Source: Calcarisporiella thermophila CBS 279.70 (taxonomy: Eukaryota > Fungi > Calcarisporiellomycota). From it: 64,000 nucleotides of DNA. Of the stretch, positions 25,560 through 38,860 are shown piece after piece. Every line of letters starts with the position of its first letter. Position 1 is the stretch's first letter. The stretch spans positions 63,968-127,967 of the forward strand of contig NW_027192227.1 in the NCBI RefSeq assembly GCF_041956535.1. Reading direction: 5' to 3'. The notes beneath the pieces are model-generated. The model did not search any database. It saw nothing but the letters and a program-made list of their open reading frames with translations, and was not told the origin of the DNA. Made by a program: the position numbers and the translations under genes.

Positions 25560-27185
25560 GTCCAGGATCCATACTCAAATGTTGATCAAACTATTGGTGA
25601 AGTTCGGCTTCGTCGCCAACCTTTAGAAGTCAACACTTACGCCTTCTCAAGAAATCGAGCATTTTGGATTCAAGGTTCTCACCCGGGAAATGTCTCTCAG
25701 ACTTCCAAGGAAGAAAATCAGAGATATATACAGGAGAGCGCTCAGCTTCTCCCCGACAACAAGCGGCATTTCTGGGAACTACGAATGTAGCCTGCATGAG
25801 TTCATGCTGGGAAAGCTATTCGCTCTTTCACTAATGGTATCCTTATCCTCAACCTTGACATTCCCAACTGGAATATCCCCTTTCCCACCTTTGGTCCCAG
25901 TAAAAAGCGCTACAATCGACGTGTCAGAAGAAGACTACCTAACAATACCAGTCGACAGCTAACAGCGGTCACCAGAGGAGAAAGTTTTCTACATCAAGTG
26001 GAAGAAACTCAAAGTCGTGGAGTTGTGTCTGGATCTTTTCCCTCTCACAGGGGAACAACCCTACTGATTCGGATAGACAATATTACGACCTTAGTGTATC
26101 TCAAATCTGAGGAGCCTACTCCTCTCGACTCTGCGAGATTGCCCGGAAGATCTGGACAACTTGCTTGGAATGTCGCATTCATCTGGTTGCAGAGCATATC
26201 CACGGCCATCTGATCACCAAGACGGATGCGGAGTCCCAGGAGATCAGGGTGAACCAAGCATGGTTCATCAATCGTCGCCCATTCAACAAGATCGAAAAAG
26301 CATGGGGACCACATATAATGGTCCTATTCGTGGACACACTCACAAATCGGCTCCCTTTATATTTCTCAAGATACCCTGGGCAAGGGAGAGCAGCAGTAGA
26401 TGCCCTAATGCAGAATTGGGTCAAGAATTATTAGAATTATAAGAATTCATATGCCAACCCTCTGTGGGCATTTACAGTATATCTCGGGTTGTATGCAAGA
26501 TAATACTGGAGAAGGATTAGATGACGCTGGTTACTCCATATTGGCCATCAGCTTCCTGCTTCCCCATTTTTCCAACAGCTGAAAATTGCTAAGCCAATCA
26601 AAATTCCGAGGAAACCGATCCGACTAGCCACTCCCTTAGCGAAACGCTTTCTATAAATCAAGTCAGTTTTTGACAGTATAGCGCCTCTCAGGGAAGAAAT
26701 GGATCACATGGTGCAAAGAAAATGACCTCCCTCCTTTCCTCACCCCGACCTAATTTCCTGGCGAGCCAATACACACAAGGGGTATCAGCAGATTCCTGAT
26801 GCTTATATCGCACAGCTACCGAGGAACTACCATCAAACCATCAATCCCAATTCGAAGTTATTGTCGTTAGATTTCACATAGCGGTAGATATATAGGTTTC
26901 CCCAATGAATCTGGTAGAAGACCTTATCGATATCATTCCAATTTTGGAATACTTCAGAGAAACGCAGCAATATACTTTCCCTAAGCAATCTCATTTACAA
27001 ATTGGCATGGCACCTATCAGTATTCACTTTTTCTAGAGTATCCGAACTACACACATGGAATTCCAGTTGAACTCGGTCGGCGAAACAATCTTGAAGGGGA
27101 CGAAAATATCACTAGAGAAAACAAAAAGAAATCGGCATCTAGAGTATAAATTTAATACTAAGCCGTAGCATACGCTAGACTTATT
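25560..27185 (+). mobile_element. Degenerate DIRS relic (RT, RNase H, methylase-like domain, tyrosine recombinase fragment, ICR)
   Basis: KSTLTPSQEIEHFGF..MSLRLPRKKIRDI; LLIRIDNITTL; WGPH...F...NRLPLYFS..P....VDALMQNW; YR box AWHLSVFTFSRVSEL. Confidence 0.85.
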
Positions 27186-27380
27186 TTTATTTTGTACGAA
27201 AATTTACAGCATTGTAAGATGGTTGATTCCGAATCAATCGAGTCTTGAATTACAGCTGTTAGCTCTCGATTTTAAATATGGTGGCTAATTCTAGATTTCT
27301 ATACCAATTTTCTACCACTGAATTTGGAAGCGAATATAGATATCCTGGATTCCCCCATTTCGAGAGCAGTGTCTTCAGCC

Positions 27381-29146
27381 ATGTATATCCGCCAATTGCT
27401 AACTGCGCCAATGGACACCGTATGCACCACTTCTGCGGACGATTCTGTAGATAAAACTGAAAACAATCAACTTGAGAGTCATAATCTTTGCGACTTACTC
27501 ATGACTTCAGATGCTTTGCACTTCCAACTCAAGCTGAATTCGTATACCGATCTACATCATCTTCTCAACGCTCAATATCTTTTTGATGGCATCTTACTTC
27601 CGGAAAACCTTTTCTGCCCTCAGATATATACTACAGTTACCAATAGTAAGCATCCAGATTACTGCACATACTTCAAATTCCCTTCTCTCCCGAGACCTAT
27701 CGAAGATATAATCCTCAAGTGGCCAACAAGATCTAACGTTGCCAGAGAGAAGCAGCTCATTGACCAACTTTTTCATGTGTATTTGAGTGCTTGCGGCGTA
27801 GACTCTATGCACCCAGATCGTGAAGGATTTCTTAAAAGCTATTATAATTGCGAACTCGAGCCTGCTCTCGTCTACACCGCCGTCTCAAGTACAGCAATCC
27901 ACTTATTGCTTAAACATCCAGAAGCTCTACTTAGCAGTAAGCTTCATGTAGCCATAGGGGGTCTGTTTACGCAGGCGAAACAGGCATTGGAAGATGTATT
28001 TGATGTTATATCTCCACAGATTGTACTTGCTTTTTTAAATATGGAAGCATGTCTGCATTATCTCTCTCGTTATAAGGACTCATACACATTCTATTCACAG
28101 GCCGTACAGATGGCGCTCTCTCTCCAGATGGACAAGGACGATGCTACAGTGATGGATCCTGTGCAGCTAGAGTTTCGAAAAAGAATCTGGTAATAGCAAG
28201 CATTTGCCTGCAACATATGTTTGATATATATATTGATATCATATAAATCGAATGTTTCTAAGGGCTGAAGTTTGCTGGCGAGAGTTGTTCTATGTATTTT
28301 ATTTCGATAAGCCGTTTCTGATTAGTATGGATATTATCAAATCATCTCCCAAACCGACGGTGACAGCGAGAGATAGCGAATCGTATAAATGTAAAACGGT
28401 AATGGGACGTAATAGCCGCTAGAAACCCATTTTATTCAAAGTTAGCTAAAGAGATATATCAGGTTCAATTATTATTGGATATAGTCACTTATTCTAAGCT
28501 TATGGTGCTACGCAACATTGATTGGACACTCAGCGACGTTAAAATTGTGCAAAACCTGGCTGGCCTTGCTGCATATTTGCAAAATGAACGAACTCAATTA
28601 ATTTCACACTTTATTGAAAGCGACATGCAAAAAATTTATTTTTCTTTTGCAAATTACAATTTTTGGGAACAATGGTGTGCACTTTGGCGACAGTTTATAA
28701 AATCAGACGCACCTATCGGGAGATTGGAAGCAAATTCGATGCAGCAATTGCGAAATAAGGCATTCGACGAGTTTGTCAAGGTAACAGCATTTTATATTCT
28801 ACATACAGGTTGAACGGCATTATACCATCTACACCCCATTATGCAGGGTTTAATCTATCGCATAAGGTTCTTTCAATGGGCAATTAATTCCCAAATCAAG
28901 TGCATTTTGAGATTTCATACATCGACTCATAATGTTTGCGAAGATGTTAGATTCATCACTCAAAGGCATCCCAGTGTTCGAATACGACGAAAGATTTTCC
29001 AGGAGATCATTAAAGTAGTAAATATTCTGCAATCAGCAGAAACTAGAGGAATTTTGAGACAGCTGCTCACACGTCAGTTCATGGATGTGTTAGAAGAGAT
29101 GAAATCAACAGTATTTTCAGAGGATGTGCTGAATCGTAAAGCTTAA
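27381..29146 (+). CDS. Zn-cluster-less MHR protein, copy 5
   Basis: ATG at 27381 is at the paralog-conserved position; four exons in frame. Confidence 0.85.
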
Positions 29147-29469
29147 AAAAAAAAACCAAAAATGTATCAAAAACTAGAATTATATGCACTGTATATGTTG
29201 GAGTGATTGGATCATTCTATACTAATACATTAATATCATAGTTTAAATTTGAAACGGCGAAAAATATTATTTTTTCAGTGTAGATTATTCGATAAAATAT
29301 GATGCACTGATCATCATATTTTATCGAAATTCACTGCTATTTAAAACTTCGTAAATTCTATAATATAAAGTGGTCATCTATTTTATCACTATACAGTAGC
29401 AATTGTTATTTTAGCTTGATGACTTCTTCACAAATACTTCCCATTTAAACTACAAAGCTTGCACTTAAT

Positions 29470-32400
29470 AACTGCGGCAAAACAAACTACTCGAACCTCA
29501 CCTCTCTGAGTATTTGAATGACAGAATCTCATGATTTCGATGATAAAGATATTTCTATCCTTCCATCTCTTAATTAGTACGATCAACATCAATAATTATT
29601 TAAACCCATTGTTTTGTTTTATTGTTCCTCACTGATTTACTCTTATTATTAAGTCTACCACAGAGCACCGCTACAATTGGTGTTTAGCTGTTACACTTTG
29701 TCAAGCTAGTTTCTTGGCAGCGATGCTATTCTCAAATTAAATGGAGACCCAGTGCAATCAAGACTCTTGTCTCGAATTTCCACTGAGTAACTATGTTGTT
29801 GATATTCACTAATGAACGGGCTGACCCCAGACTTGTTGTGAATGCCCTGCAGTTTCTGGGTAGTGTTGAAATATGGTTTAAGACAAGCTGATGCCACCGC
29901 ATGTTACCGCTGTTGCTTCCCATTATCTTCCCGGCAATATTTACTGGGCTGCGCTTGGGAAATGGGATTGGACACATCAACTCTCAGCCTAAGTCGCGTA
30001 CTAGTTGCCGATACGCCAAGCCTTTCAAGTGCCCGGTCGGATTTAGGAGCGCCGCCCAGGGCATGCATGAATTTTAATGAAGCCGCTCTGCCTTGCTGTT
30101 TACCGTGAGGATTTTGGGATATATCCCACGGAATCCCATTATTACAAGCCTCACCCAACCATCCTCATGTCTGAATTCAGGAGAATCGTCGGACTTTTAA
30201 TCTTGATTCAGGATATGGAAAGAATTCATATTTCTCAAAATAGTATGTTTCCTACTCAGATCGACAATTATCTAAAAGGAGAACTTACGGCACAAGGAGA
30301 AGCTGAAGAGCCCATTTCCCTTTAGGCAGTACCAGCCATCCTTGTCCCAAAAAAGGCTGTACGGCTACGATTTTGCATCGATTTTCTACGATTGAATACA
30401 GTAACCTCGCTGACCGGTATCCATAGCCGAGGATCGCCATCATATTGCCCCATTACTCCGAAAAGACACGGGCTACGACGTTAGATGCCAAAGAGAGTTC
30501 CGCTGTTTATTCACCTCAGAGGAGGTTCAATTAGTGGCTACATTTCGAACCTACATGGGTATACACCTATATGCTCGAATGACGCTCAGAGTAACGAATG
30601 GACCCCGCGTTTCTTAGAAACTAATGGGTCATTTCTTTGGAATATTCTATAAAGGAGTTTTCGGTAGTCTATATTGGTGAGTGATTTCGACCAAGGCCTT
30701 TGAAGAATATCTTTTGTACTGCTCGGCGAAGCTCTCTCTCACACATGGAAGTAGCCACACCTCTTCTCCCCAAAACTCACCGTGCGCGATCGTTCAGTCT
30801 CTGGACAAATGATTGCGACTCTGGAAGAAGAAACGCAGGTCGTCTCGCAATGTGTAAAATCAATCGCCGTAATTTTTCAGCCTTTAAATGCACTGTCATT
30901 TTATACGAGGTTAAAAATATGCCCCTAAGCCACCAACTGTTCGATCAAAAATAACGCAGACTCAGGAAGGAAGTGGAGAAGTACCCCTCTTTCTTGTTAC
31001 TGAAAGAGACTGCTCTGCACCAATTCCAGCTCATCCTGACTTTATTCGACCATTCCACCTTTACAACGATGCTAGCGCTGTTGGACTCTGTGTCCTACTT
31101 ACACGAAAACATGAAGATGCAGAACGTGATGAGAGATCCTAGAGCGTCATCTGGTACCTTTCCTTTAGCTCAAGCCTGCAGAGCAGTATTATTTGGCAGC
31201 CGAGATGGAGTGTCTGGGTGTAATATGGTCATTCACCAAACTTAGCCTATCTTGCCAGCTCCAAGTTTCGGATACCGACCATATTGTGCTCCGATGGATT
31301 ATGGATTTCGATGACCAAATATGCTGGATTTCTTCTCTGAACAATTCACGTAGAACCTCACCACAATATAATGGCTATAAATCACAACCCTGGTTGATCT
31401 CATGCCAGCATAGATTCAATATCTAGGAAGTCTTTTTCAGAAGTAAAAGCGCCGCTCCCACTCTTCCTTTTTCTCAGATCTTCAATGATGAGAGATTTGC
31501 CTGTTACGATCGCGACTAAAAGTTCTCCTGGGTAATCAGCATTCTAACACTAGACCCCAAGGGCAGAAGAACTTAAGTGTAGGCTTTCTTTACGAAGTAT
31601 GGGGTTTTATTCCTGCAAAGTTTAGGCAATAATGATCAAGATCGCTTCATCATTCTTGATCATGCAAATTTCAGGTACTCACTAATACAAAAGGTGCATG
31701 GCCAGCTCGACCTACTCAGAAAGAAACAGGTCGTTAGAATTGCTTCAGCGATAATAATATCGGCTCGAAATGGCTTTGATACTCGAAATATCGTATCTAG
31801 TTACGCTCCCAGCTAACAGGATAAGTAATCATTTCACAAGACGTCCGACCTTCTCACACTATAGCATATACCAAGGCAAATGTGTCAAGTTTCCATGGGC
31901 TTGCTTACAAATTTCTCGCGATCACTGGATGGCTATGACGTGACACGGAGTTAGTAGATCGATTGACTAAATATGCGCATATTTTTTCCAAAACAACGCG
32001 ACCATCACCGCTGTTCAACTCTCCCAACTTACTCGACTTTATTAGAACATGCTGTTTCCGGTACACGGAATATCCAAGCGTAACAAAGCAGGCGGAGATA
32101 CCAAATTCACATCAGCATTCTGGAACGAACCCCATTCGACACTATGGGCATGATTGTCACTGAGTACGGCTCAGCACACTCAGACAGACGGGACAACTTA
32201 ACGACGCAATCAGACACTAGTGGAAATGCTTTGTCTCTTCCTTAGTTTATACCATGGCGCCTGGGATCATTACCTTGCATTCGTAGAATTGCCTATAGTA
32301 AACCTTTTCAATCAACAAGTGAGGTATTGCCATATTTTCTAAACTTAGGATACCATCTGTTCATACCCGTCGCTCTGTTGATGCTACACACTGAATCACT

Positions 32401-33190
32401 TAGAGTAAAATAAATAAAAATCTTTCTTCAACGCCACTCTACTTTACTGCTTATGGCTCGAAGCGAAATGACATCGTCCGGTTGAATTTGAGGTTAGGAA
32501 CACTGTGAGGTTTATTGCAGAGAAACTACAACAGCCTGTGGACGTTGATGAGAATACAAAGAAGTTCATACCTCAGTATTTTGGACCGCTTTTCATGAAA
32601 AAAAAGTGAATCAGCGTGCCTCCACACTTATCGTGCATTTTTTGAATTCATCAGATGCTAATCATGTTTCAACTGAAACCCTTTGCATATACTCCAAACG
32701 AGCTCAGGGCACACGAGCTATACCTTCCTTCCATTATCCAAAACTATTCTAAATCCTCAGAGAATGGGGAGGAAGATATCCTTCGACTACACGGTCACAG
32801 AAAAAGAAGATTTGTTCAAATGGCGACTATATCACGATGAAAAATCATGTGTGAGCCACTTAAACATCTTTATAATGCTCCAGGTGTCATTTGACGAATT
32901 AAAGTCGCTGTATCGTCTCAATCGGCGCGATGTCTAACCTCGAAGGAGGGACAATGTAGCGACTTAACTACCCTTATCTCTTAGTAAGGGATATGGTTTT
33001 TGTTGTCATTTGGTTATTTGTTTTTGGTGCACAACCTTTTAAAAGAATTTTGAGTTTGGTCTTGAAAAGCACCCACACTGTATCATTTATCCTAATCCTA
33101 TATAAACAAACCTACATTAATTTTATTGCACTCTACCTACTTTCTATTTTTATTAGGATCAGATTGGCTACCTACTGAAACGAACCAATA
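29470..33190 (+). mobile_element. Degenerate Ty3/gypsy chromovirus with LTR remnants (5' LTR ends 29675; 3' LTR starts 32955)
   Basis: RT AVPAILVPKKAVRLRFCIDFLRLNTVT (~30325-30410), RNase H AAEMECLGVIWS and TDH, integrase VDRLTKYAH and QTDG, chromodomain remnant, PPT GAAGGAGGGACAA|TGTAGCG. Confidence 0.87.
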
Positions 33191-33764
33191 TAGTGCCAAG
33201 GAACTTCACTTTGTGATTCAAGGTGTTGGCCGCCGTTATTCCGGTACCATGTGAATAATCTTAACGTAAAACTTGACTCCGTTCAATATCCTGAGAATAA
33301 ATGCTTTTTTGATGACACTAATATTTTCTAAAATCGATTGAAGCTTTTCGCCCCACATTCTATATCACGCTCTTAATTGAAATTGTAACATTTAATAAGA
33401 TAATTGCAATATACTTAAAACTCGATTCACTATAGGTTTATGCCAGATGTTGTGAAGTTAATAAAGAAACTAAGCATTCAATATTTAACACAATGATGGG
33501 GGCTATTAGATGCCAATTAAATGGCTTAGATATACCATCATTCACACCAAGGCAATACAAAAGCTAACCTTAAACACTCTAAAATCCTTTGGATTTGTTA
33601 CACAACAACTTTTATGTATGTTTTTGAGTATTAAATTAGAAAATATATAAAGAATTTTCGAGGTCGGTATATATGTGTAAATTTTTCTTGGAACGTATTT
33701 TTATTGCATTATTGACGTTCAAGTAATCCTATCCAAGTATAGGAGCACCATTTTTACGTCATCG

Positions 33765-36700
33765 ATGGAGCTTTCCGACTCAAATGGTGCTAGTAATGCC
33801 AAATCTACCTCACAGTTGAAGAGAAGAAAATTTTTAGCACCTTATTTCTCAAGCTGCGAAAACATAATGAGAAAACCTCCAAGATATATTACTTTCGCCT
33901 TTATCGATATGCTAGCCAATTTGATGTGCTCTTGATTTTGTAGATATTGATTTGAAATCTAGGTCGATTCCAAAATCTTATCATATATTTCCTATAGCCT
34001 CGGAATATTATCTAGTGTTACGGCAGGCGTTTCTAGGTCGTTTGCTATTGTATTGCTTTGGAAAGCTGTCGCTACCATCAGTTCGATAGGAGACTCTAAT
34101 ACTAACAGCCAGGAAATAATCAGTGATATTGTGCCGTTTTTGGGAATAGTTATTTCAGTCATGCTTTCATCGTATTTGTTAAATTGTTTTTGGTCCCTTG
34201 CAGGTGAGAACCAGACAAAGGTAGATAATTGATTCATAAATTCCATGATATGGATTTTGAATGCATTCCGTGACATTTGCATAGCGTATCCGCGAGCTCT
34301 ACTTCCATTCAATTCTCCACCAAGATCAGAGCTGGTTTGATCTTAATCAGTCGGAGTCACTCAACACTCGTCTTTCATCGGATACCCTGCTTATCCAAGA
34401 TGGCCTTTCAGAGAAAGTTGGGTTCCTCCTGAAGGACATATTTTTTGCCATAGCTTGCTTTACCCTAGCATTTTATTATGGGTGGAGGTTGTCAGTTGTA
34501 TTGCTTGCGATTGTACCGATGCTTATATTTTCAGGCTATGCATTCGCACAAGTATTAAAAGATCAGACCGAAAAAGTGCAGAATGCCGGAACCTTGATAG
34601 AACAATGTGTTTCCGGAATTCGCACCATTATCGCCTTTTCCATGCAACCTCATTTTGTCCATCTCCTTAATTCATATCTCAATATTGCCTATCAAGCTGG
34701 CGTTCGGAAAGCTTGGAAAACTGGTGAGGCAATTAACGGTAATACTTAATATGTGAATGTGTATTTTTAACATTGATTTTGAAGGCATTTGCATGGGACT
34801 GGTTATGTTCATTGATTTTAGTGCCTATAGCTTAGCATTTTGGTATGGAGCACGCCTAATTTCTCAAGGATTTATCTCAAGAACGGCTTCATTGCAAGCC
34901 TTTTTTCTAATAGTTGCAGGATCCTATACAATAGGGTAATTTTTTTCTATTCTTTGCAAGCTTCTGAATGATAACTAAATCCATCCAAATTTTTAGCGAA
35001 ATAGCACCCAATTACAAGGCACTTGTGGAAGCTCAGGTAGCAGCGCATAAAATATTTCCAGTCATTGACCGTAAGCCAGCTATTACATCGAGTATAAAAT
35101 TTCAGAGCAAGGGTATAAAGCGTAGTGCTTGCCAGGGTGATCTCACATTTCATGATGTTCATTTCAGCTATCCTTCTCGACCCAGTATCCAAGTCTTGTC
35201 TGGAATCGACCTTAGAATTCCTAGTGGAAAAACAGTTGCAATCGTTGGTGCTTCTGGAGGAGGAAAATCAACCATTACTCATTTGATACAACGCTTTTAT
35301 GATCTAATCTCGGGAAAGATTCTGCTGGATGGAGTGGATTTGCGTGAGCTTGATGTAAGTTGGCTGCGGAAACAAATAGGAGTAGTAGGGCAAGAACCAT
35401 TCCTATTCGATGACTCTATTCGCAACAACATCGCTCTTGGTGCTTCCAATCGCAATCCGACACAAAAGGAGATCGAGGAAGCATGTATTATGGCAAATTG
35501 TCACGATTTCATCAGCAGTTTGCCTCATAGTATGACACAAGGGTTGGTGAACTGGGCTCTCAACTATCCGGAGGCCAAAAGCAGCGCATTGCACTGGCGA
35601 GAGCCTTAATTCGTAATCCAGCAATACTGTTGCTGGATGAAGCGACGTCCGCTCTGGATACCACATCTGAAAAGCTGATGCAAGACGCTCTGAAATCTGC
35701 ATCCAAAAATCGGACGACTCTAATCATTGCACATCGACTTTCAACGATTCGTGAGACCGATTGGATTGTAGTGATAGAAAATGGAAAGGTAGTTGAGCAG
35801 GGCACACATGCAGAATTAATGGCAATTGAGGGCACTTATATGGCCTACGTGCAAAAGCAACAGCTAAAAGATGACGAGGATAACAAGGAAGAAAGTTCTA
35901 TTGATTCAAACTTTAAGGTTGCGAGTAAAATAGAGCACAAAAACAAGACTAGTTTAACAATTGATTCGAATTGTACCAACAAATTGGTAAATTCAGTTGG
36001 AGTGGATATCACTTCTGAAAAACGACCAATATATAGGGCGTTGCGATCGATGTCCCCAGAATGGAAGTGGATTGGATTAGCCGCATTTGGTGGTCTTGTT
36101 TATGGAGCTGTGAGTTGCTTTTTAGTTTTTTCTAATCAGATATAATTGCTAAATGATTATTTTTCCAGGTTGATCCTATTAGCGGTCTGTTAATTGGTTG
36201 TATGGTGGAAGTGCTTGGTCTACCAGTAGATCAAGTGGAGGAGGCTGCCAAATTTTGGTCGCTCATATACCGTAAGAAACTCGGGTTTTACTCAATTCTG
36301 TTCGGACTAAAATTTACGTATAATACCCTCTTGCATTATAGTTGTGTTGGCCCTTATAAGTTTCTTTGCGACTATTCTCAGAGACGGGATTACTATGTTT
36401 TGTGGTGAGCGATTTGTTCGACGATTGCGAGCGCAAACGTTCAGTAATCTCTTGCAGCAAGCAACAGCATATTTCGACCATCCTGAACACACTACAAGTG
36501 CTCTTACGTATAGATTATCCAAAGACGCTACAGAGATAACAGAATTGCCGAAAATGATCATTATTGATGGAGGAAGTGCTCTCTCGGCAGCTGTTTTCGG
36601 ATTATTCATAGCTTTTAGATATGGATGGAAATTGACCTTGATGCTACTACCGACCGTGCCTCTTATAATAGGTTCATTGTTTTTCCGCTATAAGTCACTG

Positions 36701-38133
36701 GGAGGGTAATCATGGTGGTTGCATAATTCAACTAGTAGTAGCTAAAATATAATTTTAGATTTTCAGGGAAGATGGAAAAAGAATATCGGCTAGCTGGAGC
36801 AGTTGCTGGAGAGGCAATTCGCGAAATAAGAACCATCACATCACTTGGAGTTGAGGATGTTTTCGAAATGAAATATGCAGGTCGGTGATGCGGTTAACCG
36901 TTTCCAGCTTTATTTGACGAGTATAGGTTTATAAATAGGGTATTGTCAGGTACCTCATAGCTTTGCAATGAAAAAAGCATTTTTACCTCTATCGGATTTG
37001 GGTTATCGAGCGGATTACATAATCTAATCTATATCTTGGGGTTGTATCTTGAAACACGTCTCATACACTCTGGCGAAATGAGCTCTCAGCAAGTCGCAGT
37101 AGTGCTGTTTACATTTGTATGGTCCTCTGCAGCAATAAGCCAACTCTCCGGTCAGTTGCCAAGATTTGTAAAAGCAAAACAAGCGGCCATCAATATATTT
37201 GCATTGCTGGATAAAAAACCGATTATCGATCCAGATGCACTGGGTAAATGCGAAGCGATAATTCCTGGGACTGCAGAATTACAAAATGCCACTTTCACCT
37301 ATCCAATGAGATCCGACGCAATTATACTAAGCGATATATCAATGTCAATTCGGCGATATTTTAAGGTCGCCCTAGTAGATCCGAGTGGGTGTGGAAAGTC
37401 AACATCATTTCTCTGTTGCTCCGATGGTACGATTGCAATTCTGGTGAGGTATCTGTTGATGGTATAAATGTCAAAGAGTGGCAGCTGGATTCGATGCGAC
37501 AAAGAATTGCGTACGTTGGCCAAGAGCCGGTGTTGTTTGATATGACGGTGAAGGAGAATATCCTACTTGGGCGGCGAAAAGAACAAGAAGTGACGCAAGA
37601 GGATATCGAAGAGGTGGCAAAGAAGGCAAACATACACGACTTCATCTGCAGTCTTCCCAATGGATATCATACACGGGTGGGTGATAAGGGGAAGCAGATT
37701 TCTGGAGGTCAAAAGCAAAGAATTGCTATTGCAAGAGCTCTGTTGAGAAAACCTGAGATCTTGTTGTTGGATGAAGCTACCAGTGCACTTGATTCGGACT
37801 CGGAGAGGTTGGTACAGGAGGCATTAGATAGTGCAATGGTAGGGCGTACGACACTTGTCATTGCCCATCGATTATCTACCGTGCAAGATTCGGATGTTAT
37901 CAGTGAGTAATTGCATATACTTAAAGTTATATCGATGCACCTAATTCCATAATAATAGTTGTAATGAAAGATGGTGAGATACAGGAAGCAGGGTAAGATT
38001 ATTTTTTCTTTAATGGTCCATTTCTTGATATCGATATGGCAATTTGGTTCTAATTAATAGCGACCATGCCAAGTTGATTGCTTATCCTGGGATATACCGC
38101 GAGCTAGTGAGGCAACAGAATCTCAAATATTAG
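33765..38133 (+). pseudogene. Full-length ABCB/MDR pseudogene, copy A2
   Basis: Same 11-exon layout. Frameshifts near 35530, 36990 and 37402; NBD2 Walker A altered (DPSGCGKS); small deletion near 34583. Confidence 0.9.
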
Positions 38134-38860
38134 TGATCCAACAGTATATGACCATTACTCACTAGTGGAATTCACGAAGATGGGACAATATTATTAGACA
38201 GAATGAGCAACTTTAAACGAATTGTATTTGAAATCTAAAGGAGTCCACTGTGCTGACTTAATAGATAAAGCAAGTTGACTTTTATCAATAGCGAAATAAT
38301 TATGTAAATAATTACTATGCATCCTCGCCTTATTTAAAAAAACAAATAAGCAAGAGATAATATAACAATATAAAAGAATCATCTCAACAAAAGAGCAAAT
38401 GTAAAGCTTAGGAGATTTCAAACCTGGCAGGATCCAGCGAAATTTCCAGGTTACAGGTCTCTCCCAATCATCCCAGGGTCTGAATCGTCGGATTTCCAAC
38501 CCTAGATTTGGAGAGGATTTATATACCGAAGTTTAAAACAAGGTGGCTGATTTCCCTGTCAAAATCACCCAATATCACTTTGAAAACTCCAGTTCCAATT
38601 TCAACGATGCCTTAGCAGTCCCGATTTGGCATATTATATATTAGGTACGCTACCGTGGAACATTCCACCTTCGTCGCGGGGAGAACAAATTGGCTCGGTC
38701 ACCTTCGGGTCTTTAGTTTCCCTCTGCCAAGTCATTCGTCCCGGATATCAGATTTTGAAATCTGTGCGCTTAACCGACATACATCGAATTCCGATATCCT
38801 CTTAGAGCCAAGCAGTCTGAGAAGGACCGATCACTAATGCTAGCAAGGAGCCGATTGCAC

